Assembly: GCA_964551595.1 (NCBI GenBank)
Contig: CAZKCU010000001.1
Location: 197,321-261,320, forward strand
Direction of reading: 5' to 3'
Source of the DNA: an uncultured Candidatus Saccharibacteria bacterium
GTDB lineage: Bacteria; Patescibacteriota; Minisyncoccia; Minisyncoccales; CAZKCU01
DNA length: 64,000 bases
The number at the start of each line of letters is the position of its first letter. Positions within the stretch are counted from its first letter, which is position 1. Made by a program: the position numbers and the translations under genes. Below are positions 54,906 to 64,000 of the stretch, piece by piece. A model generated the notes under the pieces. That model was not told the DNA's origin. It made no database searches and worked only from the letters and a program-made list of their open reading frames with translations.

Positions 54906-55774
54906 AAATTCTCGATGGTAAAAAATTATCCGAAGAAATTTTAGAGAATCTTAAAAAAGACTACAACTCTCCCAACGAATCCTCCCATTCGCCGAAGGGC
55001 GGGCGGGACCCTATTAAAAAGAGGAAATTAAAGTTAAGATTGGCAGTAATTCAAGTTGGAGAAAACCCGGTTTCTAAAATTTTTATCTCGCAAAAGAAAA
55101 AAGCCTGCGAAAAGGCAGGCATTAATTTTAAGTTGTTTAAATTTCCAGCCAAAATTAGCGCCTCGAAATTAAAAAAAGAAATTGAGAAAATTGTTAAAAA
55201 CCTGGCCAATTCTGGAGTAATTATTCAGCTACCTTTACCTAAAAAATTTTTCCCCGAGGAATTTTTAAATTTAATTCCAGAAGAAAAAGATATCGATGTT
55301 CTGTCTGAAAAGAGCTTGGGGAAATTTTATCAAGGGACACTACTAATTCTTCCGCCAACTGTCAGCGGGATTTCCCGTCTTTTAAAAAGTTATCAAATAA
55401 AGGTAAAAGGGAAAGACGTTGTTATTGTTGGTGCTGGAAGATTAGTTGGAAACCCTTTAGTTCTCCGCCTTTTACAACAAGAAGCAACCGTTTCGGTTCT
55501 TAATGATTTTACAAAAGACATTCCTTCTTTCACAAAAAAAGCAGATATTTTAATTTCTGGAGTAGGCAAACCTGATTTAATTACCGGGAAGATGGTTAAA
55601 AAAGGAATAGTGGTAATTGATGCCGGAACCACTATTAAAAAAGGAAAATTAGTAGGCGATGTTGATTTTAAAAGTGTTTCTAAAAAAGCAAGTTATATTA
55701 CTCCTGTTCCTGGCGGCGTAGGGCCAATGACCGTTGCCTGCCTGATTGAAAATTTGGTGAAACTTAATTTATGA
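54902..55774 (+). CDS. folD: bifunctional 5,10-methylene-THF dehydrogenase/cyclohydrolase
   Basis: MKILDGKKLSEEIL start; NAD(P) Rossmann VVIVGAGRLVGNPL; start set to ATG 54902; contains a GC-rich ~14-aa in-frame insertion near N-terminus. Confidence 0.8.
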   Translation: MKILDGKKLSEEILENLKKDYNSPNESSHSPKGGRDPIKKRKLKLRLAVIQVGENPVSKIFISQKKKACEKAGINFKLFKFPAKISASKLKKEIEKIVKNLANSGVIIQLPLPKKFFPEEFLNLIPEEKDIDVLSEKSLGKFYQGTLLILPPTVSGISRLLKSYQIKVKGKDVVIVGAGRLVGNPLVLRLLQQEATVSVLNDFTKDIPSFTKKADILISGVGKPDLITGKMVKKGIVVIDAGTTIKKGKLVGDVDFKSVSKKASYITPVPGGVGPMTVACLIENLVKLNL

Positions 55775-56304
55775 ATTTGGATTTCTTTTTGTTTCAACAA
55801 ATTAATGGTTTTACCGGGAAGTGGCTATGGTTCGATACTCTGAATATTTATTTTGCTGAACATTTCGAACACGTTCTGTGGTTTATTCTTTTTTTATTTT
55901 TACTGAAAAACTTTAAGAAATACTGGCCGATGATAATCCAGGCTTTTGGGGCAGCAATTTTAGCAAGATTGGTTATTGTTAATTTTATTCGCTGGCTTTG
56001 GCAAAGACCCAGGCCATTTATTGAAAACAATGTTAATTTGCTCCTATCTCATAAGGCAGCTTCTTTTCCTTCTGGTCACGCTGCCTTTTATTTCGCTATA
56101 TCTACAATTGTTTATGTTTATAATAAAAAAGCCGGCATTGGATTTTTTCTTGCCAGTTTTTTAATTTCTATTTCCCGAGTGGTTTGTGGAATTCACTGGC
56201 TATCTGACATTTTGGCCGGAGCTTTGATTGGAATTTTTTCAGGATGTGTAATTATTCTTTTTTTTCAGCGATTTTTCTCAACCTCATCGAAACAAGCACT
56301 ATAA
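55771..56304 (+). CDS. PAP2 family phosphatase (undecaprenyl-diphosphatase-like)
   Basis: KAASFPSGHAAFYFA phosphatase motif 2 and SRVVCGIHWLSD motif 3. Confidence 0.7.
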   Translation: MNLDFFLFQQINGFTGKWLWFDTLNIYFAEHFEHVLWFILFLFLLKNFKKYWPMIIQAFGAAILARLVIVNFIRWLWQRPRPFIENNVNLLLSHKAASFPSGHAAFYFAISTIVYVYNKKAGIGFFLASFLISISRVVCGIHWLSDILAGALIGIFSGCVIILFFQRFFSTSSKQAL

Positions 56305-56527
56305 TAACTGTAACTATTATTGCGTAAATAAATTTCCCAATTAATTCATTGTTTTTCTTAAAAAAAGTCTCAAATAAACTTTTTATTGCCTCGTTCCGGG
56401 CCAAAGCTGCCACTAATCCAAACCCGCCCAAAATTAAAGTAATTGTTTTTTCTTTAAATTCTCTTTTTGTTTCCTCAATCTCCTTCAATGGTTTTATGTT
56501 TTTGATTTTATTTAATGGAGATTTCAT
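56252..56527 (-). CDS. small membrane protein (hypothetical)
   Basis: 91 aa with two hydrophobic helices; weak support. Confidence 0.25.
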   Translation of the reverse strand: MKSPLNKIKNIKPLKEIEETKREFKEKTITLILGGFGLVAALARNEAIKSLFETFFKKNNELIGKFIYAIIVTVIIVLVSMRLRKIAEKKE

Positions 56528-56714
56528 AATTTAAAATAGTAGTTAAAGTTCCACGATTATATTATTATATAAAAAGGTTGAATTTTAAGCAAGTCTGTGC
56601 GGCGCCAAACTTGCCTTAGTAATGGGTTTTTAAAAATTGCCTTAGCTTGTTATATGATATTTAAGTTGGGGTTATTAATTAAGTATTTTAAATAATAATT
56701 TTCAAACCAATAAT

Positions 56715-57260
56715 ATGATAGATGAGTTAATTGATATTTGTGATGAAAACAATAATTTACTTGGAATCCAAAGGGCGTGGAGTGAGGTACATAAAAACGG
56801 GCTATGGCACAGGGCTTCACATATTTGGATATACAATTCCAAAGGAGAAATTCTTCTTCAATTAAGAGCTAAAGGCAAAGAACTTTATCCTGATATGTGG
56901 GATATTTCGGCAGCAGGCCAAGTTAAGGCCGGCGAAGAGCCAATTATTTCTGGATTAAGAGAAGTTGAGGAAGAAATTGGACTATCAGTCAAAGAAAGGG
57001 ATTTAGAATTTTTTAAGGTCAAGAAACACAAATCAATTTTCAGAGATATAAAGGACAATGAATTTTGTTATGTTTACTTTTTAAAATTCGATGGCGATAT
57101 TAAAAAATTAAAATTACAAGATGAGGAAGTTCAATCAGTCCAATTTCTTCCTCTTGAGAAAATTGAAGAAGAATTAAAAACAAATCCCGAAAAATATGTG
57201 CCTCACGGAGATTATTGGTTTGAAGTAATAAATAAAGTTAAACAAAAACTAAATCTTTAA
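56715..57260 (+). CDS. NUDIX hydrolase
   Basis: Nudix box GEEPIISGLREVEEEIGL. Confidence 0.7.
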   Translation: MIDELIDICDENNNLLGIQRAWSEVHKNGLWHRASHIWIYNSKGEILLQLRAKGKELYPDMWDISAAGQVKAGEEPIISGLREVEEEIGLSVKERDLEFFKVKKHKSIFRDIKDNEFCYVYFLKFDGDIKKLKLQDEEVQSVQFLPLEKIEEELKTNPEKYVPHGDYWFEVINKVKQKLNL

Positions 57261-57287
57261 CAAAAGCCCTGGGAAGCCTTCCCGGAG

Positions 57288-57908
57288 GTGCTATTTTTTA
57301 TGATACAAATCAAAGAATGTAAAGAGCCATTAGTTGATATAAAAAAATTATGTCCTGATATAATAATTGATTTAGGCACAAAAAGGATGCAAAGAGAAAA
57401 AACTGCCTACCTGAGAAAGAAGGTGGCCGAAATGATTTGTCGAGCCGAGAAAGAACTGCCGGAGGGAACAACATTTATTATCGGAGACGCTTGGAGGCCA
57501 AAATATATTCAAAAGGAAAGAATCAATTGGTTTATTAATTATTTTTCTAAAAAGTACCCAAATTGGTCTAAGAAGAAAATTCTTAATGAGGTTGAAAAAT
57601 ATGTTGCTTTATCTGAAGGAAAATATGCTTCCGGACATATGACCGGTGGAGCAGTAGATTTGAGATTATGGAAAAATGGTAGAAAAATACCTATGAAATG
57701 TTCTAAATTAACTTACCAAGAAAACGCCAAATCATTTCAGCCTAAGTTACCAAGACATATTCAAAAAAACAGAGAGATAATGTTTAACGCACTAAAAAAA
57801 GCTGGTTTATCCAACTATCCAAAAGAGTATTGGCATTGGTCATATGGTGATATCTGGTGGGCCAAAAGGAACAAAGAAAAAATTGCCATTTATGGAGTGA
57901 TAAATTAA
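57288..57908 (+). CDS. D-alanyl-D-alanine dipeptidase (VanX/DdpX, M15D family)
   Basis: zinc-ligand motifs SGHMTGGAVDL and EYWHWSYGD. Confidence 0.65.
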   Translation: MLFFMIQIKECKEPLVDIKKLCPDIIIDLGTKRMQREKTAYLRKKVAEMICRAEKELPEGTTFIIGDAWRPKYIQKERINWFINYFSKKYPNWSKKKILNEVEKYVALSEGKYASGHMTGGAVDLRLWKNGRKIPMKCSKLTYQENAKSFQPKLPRHIQKNREIMFNALKKAGLSNYPKEYWHWSYGDIWWAKRNKEKIAIYGVIN

Positions 57909-58002
57909 ATTGGGAAGCCATCTCGAAAGTACTGTTGATTTTTTTAAGTAAAACCCGCCCAAGTATTATCCGAGCGGGTTATTGTCTATGGTGACGTTCT
58001 AA

Positions 58003-58374
58003 TTATGAGACTTTAAGGCCCTCAACTTTTGCAGGGTCGAGTTTGCTACCATTTGGTGGAAACAGAATTAATAATTCACCGCTGGTAAAAGAGCAAAGGC
58101 TGAGCCGGTCATTACCGATTTCTGAAACGCCATAAAGTTTCAGATTTCTTACATAGCCATCAGAGGCAAATTTATCTTCCTTTTTCCAGTTAATCCACCA
58201 TGGCCATAACCGATAACGTTTTCCTTTCGCTATCCATGCAAACTTGACCAGAAACATATTATTCTCAATGGTAGCACTCTTAATCGGGCCTCGATATAGA
58301 TAACCTTCGTTTTTATTCTGAATTTCCATATCTCCCTCCACAAATTCTGCAACTTTTTCATTGGTAAGGTTCAT
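58003..58374 (-). CDS. hypothetical protein (123 aa)
   Basis: ORF only; followed on the minus strand by hairpin aacccgc...gcgggtttt at 57945-57975. Confidence 0.35.
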   Translation of the reverse strand: MNLTNEKVAEFVEGDMEIQNKNEGYLYRGPIKSATIENNMFLVKFAWIAKGKRYRLWPWWINWKKEDKFASDGYVRNLKLYGVSEIGNDRLSLCSFTSGELLILFPPNGSKLDPAKVEGLKVS

Positions 58375-58416
58375 AACTACCTCCTTTCTTTGTTATAGTG
58401 TTTCCAAATTCTTATG

Positions 58417-58500
58417 TGCCGGAGGTGGGACTTGAACCCACAAGCCCTTGCGGACAGTAGATTTTGAATCTACCCTGTTTTCCAATTTCAGCACTCCGGC
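58417..58500 (-). tRNA. tRNA-Leu (anticodon CAA), class II with long variable arm; CCA not encoded
   Basis: minus-strand read GCCGGAG...GGTAGA-TTCAAAA-TCTAC...GTCCGCAAGGGCTTGT...GTGGGTTCAAGTCCCAC-CTCCGGC-A; 7-bp acceptor, T-loop GGTTCAAGTCC. Confidence 0.8.
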
Positions 58501-58515
58501 AAGTACTTTATTCTT

Positions 58516-60594
58516 TTATTTCACCATATTTTTCTCGAAATTGCAATCTTTGTCGGAACACTTAATTTTCCTCCCTTTTTCTACCAAAAGTGAGCCGCAT
58601 TTTGGGCATTTTTTTCCTGTTGGTTTGTCCCATAAGGCAAAATCACATTTTGGCCACTGATTGCAGCCATAAAAGATTTTTTTCTTTTTAGTTCTTTTTT
58701 CAACCACCTCGCCTTTTTTACATTTAGGGCATTTAATTCCTAATTTTATTTTTTCAAAAGATTCAGTGTATTTACATTTAGGAAAGCGAGAGCAGCCATA
58801 GAATTTTCCGAATTTCCCCAGCCGAATTAAAAGTGGAGCTTTGCATTTTGGACAGATTTTTTCGGTTTTCTCAGTTAAAACCTTTTTTGAAACCTCCTGA
58901 TATTTTTGTTTCAGGTTTTCTTCAAAAGGATTGTAAAACTCTCTTATAACCGGAACCCATTTTTCTTTCCCTTGGGCAATTTTATCTAAATCTTCTTCCA
59001 TTAGGGCGGTAAATTTAATATCAACAATTTTTGGGAAGTGCTTTACCAGGATATCGTTTACTACTGTCCCAATTTCAGTTGGTTGAAAGCGCTTCTCTGT
59101 ATTTTTCTCAATATAATTTCTTTCTTGAACTGTAGATAAAATGGGGGCATAAGTTGATGGCCTACCAATTCCATTTTCTTCCAGGGTCTTAATTAAAGTA
59201 GCTTCACTGTACCGAGGAGGAGGTTGAGTAAAGTGCTGGGAGGGAATTAATTTTATTAGTTCCAAGATTTCATTTATTTCCAAAGACGGCAACTCGGTTT
59301 CCTCGAATTTCATCGGGTAAACTTTCAAAAATCCATCAAATTTCAGAATCTGCCCCGTTGTTCTTAAAATATAACTTTTAACTTTTAATTTTTGATTTTT
59401 AACTTTTGATTCGATATCGACTTTAGACGAATCGAAGCTCGCCTTTGCCATCTGACAAGCTATAAATCGCCGCCAAATTAAATCGTAAAGACGAAACTGC
59501 CTGTCGTCTAATTTAGCTTGAATTTTTAATTTCTCTGGAGCTTTCTCAGCAAAAGTAGGCCTTATGGCTTCATGAGCTTCCTGGGCCCCCTTGGTTTTTG
59601 TTTTATATCTTCTCAAAAAACCAGCCCAATATTCCTTGCCATAATTCTCAATGATAAATTTTCTGGTAGCAAATAAAGATTGGTCAGAAAGATTTAAGGA
59701 ATCGGTTCTGTGATAGGTCGTAAGTCCTTTCTCATAAAGTTGCTGGGCAACTTGCATTGTCATTTTAGCTGGCCAATGGAATCTCCCCCAGGATTCTTGT
59801 TGGAGAGTGCTGGTGGTAAATGGTGGTAGAGGATTTCTTTTTACTTCTTTCTTTTCGATATTGATTACTTTGTATTCAGTTTTTTCTAAATCTTTAACAA
59901 TTTTATCTGCTTCTTTTTTAGTTTTAATTCCCAGCTTGGGAATTGTTTTTTTATCCCTTTTAATTAAAATAGCTTCAAACAGAGGCTCGTCCTCTGTTTT
60001 TTTTAGTTGGGCGGCGATTGTCCAGTATTCTTGGGGTACAAAATTTTTAATTTCTCTTTCTCTTTCTACAACCAGACGAACTGCTACTGACTGAACTCTT
60101 CCAGCTGACAGGCGTCGAGCCACTTTTTTCCACAAAAAAGGGGATAATTTATAACCAACAATTCTATCCAAAATTCTTCTTGTTTGCTGGGCATAGACCA
60201 GATTTAAATCAATTTTCCTTGGGTTTTTGAGAGCTTCCTCAATTGCTGATTTTGTAATCTCATGAAAGACAATTCTTTGGTAAGGTTTTTTGCCATTTAG
60301 ATTTAAAATCTTGGTCAAATGCCAAGATATTGCTTCTCCTTCTCTATCCTCGTCAGTGGCTAAAATAACTGTTTTTGTTTTTTCCGCTTCTTTTTTTAAA
60401 ATATTTACATTTCTTCTGGCTTTAGGAGGAATAATATATTTTGGTTCGAAATTGTTTTCTACATCAACGCCAAATTCAGCCTTAGGCAAATCTCTGATGT
60501 GACCATAGGAAGAAAGAACCCGATATTTAGGGCCTAAAAATCCTTGAAGCGTTTTTGATTTCGTCGGTGACTCAACTACTACGATTAATTGCAT
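58516..60594 (-). CDS. topA: DNA topoisomerase I
   Basis: 692 aa; Toprim [15 protein letters not shown], active-site Tyr region, three C-terminal C4 zinc ribbons; contains in-frame repeat 59374-59413. Confidence 0.9.
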   Translation of the reverse strand: MQLIVVVESPTKSKTLQGFLGPKYRVLSSYGHIRDLPKAEFGVDVENNFEPKYIIPPKARRNVNILKKEAEKTKTVILATDEDREGEAISWHLTKILNLNGKKPYQRIVFHEITKSAIEEALKNPRKIDLNLVYAQQTRRILDRIVGYKLSPFLWKKVARRLSAGRVQSVAVRLVVEREREIKNFVPQEYWTIAAQLKKTEDEPLFEAILIKRDKKTIPKLGIKTKKEADKIVKDLEKTEYKVINIEKKEVKRNPLPPFTTSTLQQESWGRFHWPAKMTMQVAQQLYEKGLTTYHRTDSLNLSDQSLFATRKFIIENYGKEYWAGFLRRYKTKTKGAQEAHEAIRPTFAEKAPEKLKIQAKLDDRQFRLYDLIWRRFIACQMAKASFDSSKVDIESKVKNQKLKVKSYILRTTGQILKFDGFLKVYPMKFEETELPSLEINEILELIKLIPSQHFTQPPPRYSEATLIKTLEENGIGRPSTYAPILSTVQERNYIEKNTEKRFQPTEIGTVVNDILVKHFPKIVDIKFTALMEEDLDKIAQGKEKWVPVIREFYNPFEENLKQKYQEVSKKVLTEKTEKICPKCKAPLLIRLGKFGKFYGCSRFPKCKYTESFEKIKLGIKCPKCKKGEVVEKRTKKKKIFYGCNQWPKCDFALWDKPTGKKCPKCGSLLVEKGRKIKCSDKDCNFEKNMVK

Positions 60595-61445
60595 AAATAT
60601 TTCTTCCTAAATTTCCTACTTTACCTTTTATTTCCAAAATAGCAAGAGTGCCGGCAACCTCTGTCGCTGATAATTTTGTTTTCTCAATAATTTTATCAAT
60701 ATATAATGCCTCTTCTCTTAAAACTTCCAAAATCAAATTTTCTTCTTCATTTTCACCCCTTACTGTTCTGTCGGTATTTGATACCGACAGACTTAGATTG
60801 AGCTCCTTTAGAATGTCGTTGGCGTTTTCAACTAATTTAGCTCCCTGTTTGATTAGATAATGGGGTCCTTTTGAATTTAAAGAGTGAACCGGGCCAGGAA
60901 CGGCAAAAATTTTTCTTATTTTTTTTGGCCCAGTTTGCCGTGATTAAAGCTCCTGATTTTTGTTTAGCTTCCACAAGTAAAACTCCAAAAGAAAGACCAG
61001 AGATTATCCGATTTCTCTGGGGAAAAGTGAATTTTGACCCAGGAGTTCCCGAAGGATATTCGGAAATTAAACACCCTCCGGTTTCTAAAATCCTTTGAGA
61101 TAATTTTAAATTCGACTGGGGATAAATACTTTTTTCATCAAGCCCGGTACCTAAAACAGTAATCGTTCTTTTGTTTCTTTCAACTGTTGCCGTATGAGCG
61201 AAAGTATCAATTCCTGGTGCTAATCCTGAAACAATAATTAATCCTGCTTCAGCTAAATCTCCAGCAATTTCCAAAGCTACCTGTTTCCCGTAAGGAGAGC
61301 ACATTCTGGTTCCAACTACGGCAAAACATTGCTCATTAGGATTGAGTCTTCCCCTAACATAAAGAATCTCCGGCGCATCCTTAATTTCTTTCAAAAGTTT
61401 CGGATAACTTTTATCTTTAATAGTTATGGTTTTAATCTCGTCCAT
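60572..61445 (-). pseudogene. dprA: DNA processing protein DprA interrupted by a frameshift in an A8/T8 homopolymer (60919-60926); possibly a sequencing error
   Basis: in-frame ORF 60837..61445 has the Rossmann domain up to ALITAN; shifting one nt at the A8 run restores [30 protein letters not shown] plus the C-terminal winged-helix domain, ending 60572 and overlapping topA start; carries palindromic element P3. Confidence 0.7.
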
Positions 61446-61457
61446 TTTTAGAGTTTA

Positions 61458-63401
61458 TCATTTCCCCTTTAATTTTTCTATACTTTCCGATAATATCTGG
61501 CAATAAAGATTGAGACCGATTGAGTTTATGTTTCCTGATTGCTCTTTGCCCAAAACATTTCCCGCCCCGCGGATTTCTAAATCTTTTAAGGCAATTCGAT
61601 AACCTGAACCTAATTCCTCGGCCTCTTTCAAAGCATCTAATCTCATTTTAACTTTTTTTGAAAGGAGGCTACCGTATAAAAAAAAGGAGAAAGCCTGAAT
61701 ATGGGAACGGCCGATTCTTCCCCGGATTTGATAAGCTTCTGCCAGACCCAACCTTGTTGAATCAGCAACAATTAAAGTATTCACATTGGGCAAATCAAGC
61801 CCATTTTCAATAATAGTAGTCGCCACTAAAACATCAATTTTTTTATTCTGGAAATCTTCCATTACTTTGACTAATTCCTTTTCTTTTAATCTTCCGTGGG
61901 CAATACCGAATTTAACTTGAGGAACCAAATTTTCCAAAAAATTCTTTATCACTCTAATTGTTTGGACTCGGTTATGTAAATAATAAACCTGACCGCCCCT
62001 AAAAATTTCTTTTTTAATTGCTTCCTGAATAACTTTTTTTTTCCAGGGTAAGACAAAAGTTTTAACTGGCAATCTGCCAACCGGTGGAGTTTGAATCAGA
62101 CTAATATCTTTTAAGGAAGAGAGGGCCATATATAAAGTTCGGGGGATAGGGGTTGCAGAAAGGCTCAAGATATCTAAAGAGGCCCTTATTTTTTTCAATT
62201 TTTCTTTTTGCCTAACTCCAAACCTTTGTTCATCATCAATAACTAATAGTCCCAAATTTTTAAATTCGACATCAGAAGACAAAATCCTGTGAGTGCCCAC
62301 CACTACGTCAACTTTCCCATTTTTTAAATCATTAATTATTTCTCTCTGCTTTTTTTTGGATTGCAACCTGGATAAAGTTGCTATTTTAACTGGTAAATTT
62401 TTTAATCGTCCCTTAAAATTTTGATAATGTTGAGAAGCTAAAATAGTAGTCGGACAAATCATGGCTGCCTGATAGCCAGAATTAACTACCTTTATCATTG
62501 TCCTCAAAGCTACTTCCGTTTTTCCAAACCCAACATCGCCGCAGACAATTCTATCCATTGGTTCTGGCTTCTCTAAATCCTTTTTTATATCCTTAATTGC
62601 CTGGGATTGATCCGGAGTTTCTTCAAATTGGAAAGAAGAATTTATTTGGAGATTTATCTCATCTTCTGATAAATAAGGAGGACGAGTGGCAATTTCTCTA
62701 ATAGCTGCAACCTCTAAAAGTTCTCTGGCTAATTTTTCAACTTCTTCCTTGATTTTTCTTTTTGTTCTCTGCCAGAGAGGAGAGCCAAGCCTGGAAATTT
62801 TTGGTTTAATAAAACCAATGTAGCGAGATAATTTTCTTTCTAATCCTACTGGAACATACAATTTATCTCCCTGAGCGTATTCGAGTTGGTAATATTGTTG
62901 ATTGTTAATTGCTAATTGTCGATTGTATATTCCTATGCCGTGGTCTAAATGAACTAAATAATCTTTGGGTTTTATTCTCCTTAAATCGGAAAACAGTTTT
63001 TGGGATTTTAATTTCTTTTTTAAAATCTCTTTTGATTTCTTCTCATCTTCAATCCTTATATCTAAAGGTTTAATATTTTCAATCTGATTTCCAAAAAAAT
63101 CAAAGCGAACTGCTGAATTTAGGTTTACTGGAAAAACATCAATAATTCCTCCTCTCTGAGAAAATTCTCCGGGTCCTGAAACTCTCAAAACTTTTTTATA
63201 TCCCATCTCATCCAATTTTCTTAAAAATTGAGAAAAATTGCAAATTTGATTTTTTTCTAAATATAAAATATTGTCTTCAAAAAAAGACTGAGTTTTCCTG
63301 GCTTCTAAAATTTTATTTAAGTTCTGTTCAAACCAAGAAGCATTCTTTTCTAGAAAATAAGGCGTAATACTCACTATTAATAATTTTTGCAGGGTGTTCA
63401 T
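61458..63401 (-). CDS. mfd: transcription-repair coupling factor Mfd, short form lacking the N-terminal UvrB-homology module
   Basis: RNAP-interacting domain KDYLVHLDHGIGIYNRQ...DKLYVPV; SF2 helicase motifs GDVGFGKTEVA, DDEQRFG; TRG-type C-terminal region; start set to Met at 63401 because upstream residues are encoded by a 30-bp palindrome. Confidence 0.75.
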   Translation of the reverse strand: MNTLQKLLIVSITPYFLEKNASWFEQNLNKILEARKTQSFFEDNILYLEKNQICNFSQFLRKLDEMGYKKVLRVSGPGEFSQRGGIIDVFPVNLNSAVRFDFFGNQIENIKPLDIRIEDEKKSKEILKKKLKSQKLFSDLRRIKPKDYLVHLDHGIGIYNRQLAINNQQYYQLEYAQGDKLYVPVGLERKLSRYIGFIKPKISRLGSPLWQRTKRKIKEEVEKLARELLEVAAIREIATRPPYLSEDEINLQINSSFQFEETPDQSQAIKDIKKDLEKPEPMDRIVCGDVGFGKTEVALRTMIKVVNSGYQAAMICPTTILASQHYQNFKGRLKNLPVKIATLSRLQSKKKQREIINDLKNGKVDVVVGTHRILSSDVEFKNLGLLVIDDEQRFGVRQKEKLKKIRASLDILSLSATPIPRTLYMALSSLKDISLIQTPPVGRLPVKTFVLPWKKKVIQEAIKKEIFRGGQVYYLHNRVQTIRVIKNFLENLVPQVKFGIAHGRLKEKELVKVMEDFQNKKIDVLVATTIIENGLDLPNVNTLIVADSTRLGLAEAYQIRGRIGRSHIQAFSFFLYGSLLSKKVKMRLDALKEAEELGSGYRIALKDLEIRGAGNVLGKEQSGNINSIGLNLYCQILSESIEKLKGK

Positions 63402-63417
63402 ATGTAATTTTTTCAAA

Positions 63418-63480
63418 CCCCGTAGTAGAATTTGACAGGATTTTTCTTTTAGAAAAATCCTGTCAAATTCTACTACGGGG
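63418..63480. repeat. near-perfect ~30-bp-arm inverted repeat (ccccgtagtagaatttgacaggatttttct / agaaaaatcctgtcaaattctactacgggg) upstream of mfd
   Basis: read directly; 3-nt loop; contains ttgaca in each arm. Confidence 0.8.
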
Positions 63481-63590
63481 CAAACCAAAAATTCTCCCTT
63501 TCTAAAAAATAGGGGGTAAGTCCAACAATTAAGACTGAATTTAAATTTAATACATTCTTCACTAATACAGGATAATTAAATTTGTGGGGG

Positions 63591-63619
63591 TTGACAAATT
63601 TATTCTGTTAGATTATAAT
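63591..63619 (+). promoter_or_regulatory. perfect sigma70 consensus promoter TTGACA-17 nt-TATAAT reading into ORF-free sequence to the window end
   Basis: ttgaca 63591-63596, tataat 63614-63619; no ORF of 60 aa or more in 63620-64000 in any frame. Confidence 0.5.
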
Positions 63620-64000
63620 ATAATATTCTTCTTTTGTCTTCCAGCCTGCCTGCGAGTGGCTAAACCGAGCACATAACTTTGTTATATGTTTGGGGATGGA
63701 TTCTAAGCAATCCCTCCTTTAGCTTAGTAGCCTTAGGCTATGGATTAGAATTTTTGTTCTTAATTTATAGCGCTCGGAGGTAGACTGGAGGGTAAAAAAT
63801 TTTACAAATGAATAAGGAGGTGAAGAGTGATAGGAAGAGTGAAAAAAAGAATAAAGGCCGCTTGGTTAGCATTTTTACATCCAGAAATCGGCGAGATAAG
63901 GGATCCCCTTACGGGAGCACTCAAGAGAGAAATTTTCCCCCGGGCCGCCAACCGTGAACTGGCTCGGGCTCAACGTGGAAATCAGTCTCTATGTATAGTT

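Noticed and set aside
58448-58660. 70-aa plus-strand ORF
   Set aside because: It overlaps tRNA-Leu and the topA 3' end antisense; spurious.
60648-60860. 70-aa plus-strand ORF between topA and dprA
   Set aside because: It is antisense to the frameshift-restored DprA C-terminal domain and contains the palindromic element; spurious.

Overview
This window is AT-rich, gene-dense and mostly housekeeping. Its content looks like a compact Patescibacteria/CPR-type genome; this lineage call is inference. The sequence appears to use the standard genetic code: TGA is a stop at the yebC/ruvC and glyA/folD overlaps, and large conserved proteins are intact.

Core content:
- a dnaA-dnaN pair on the minus strand marks the replication-origin neighbourhood;
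- eight aminoacyl-tRNA synthetases: tyrS, argS, ileS, glyQS, metG, leuS, plus the lysyl- and threonyl-independent set above, i.e. tyrS, argS, ileS, glyQS, metG and leuS;
- rpmI-rplT-infC next to smpB, with a tmRNA (ssrA) candidate I could reconstruct immediately downstream of smpB;
- tRNA-Leu(CAA), topA, dprA, mfd, recO, ruvC, yebC, greA, PBP1A, a pilB-type ATPase, a ComEA-lamin-tail-domain protein, PolX, IorAB, GlyA, FolD, a split PurH and others.

Most likely novel system: a stand-alone retron/DRT-like reverse transcriptase at 19529..20662 on the minus strand. It sits downstream of a roughly 300-nt ORF-free, hairpin-rich leader (20663..20960) and a small uncharacterised ORF (20962..21303). 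It has no group II intron RNA domains and no DGR features. Its motif C reads YADN rather than YADD.

Other unusual signals:
- a roughly 40-bp intergenic repeat family in 5 copies;
- a 23-27-bp palindromic element in 3 copies, two of them inserted in-frame inside iorA and dprA, both encoding SLSVS(D/N)TDR;
- short AAATCCCAA-type tandem repeats inserted in-frame at the homologous catalytic/anticodon-binding junction of IleRS, LeuRS and MetRS;
- a ComEA-LTD gene separated by a single in-frame TGA from a C-terminal transmembrane anchor;
- a homopolymer frameshift in dprA;
- purH split at the domain boundary;
- an sRNA-like unit upstream of dnaA, and a consensus promoter reading into ORF-free sequence at the window end.
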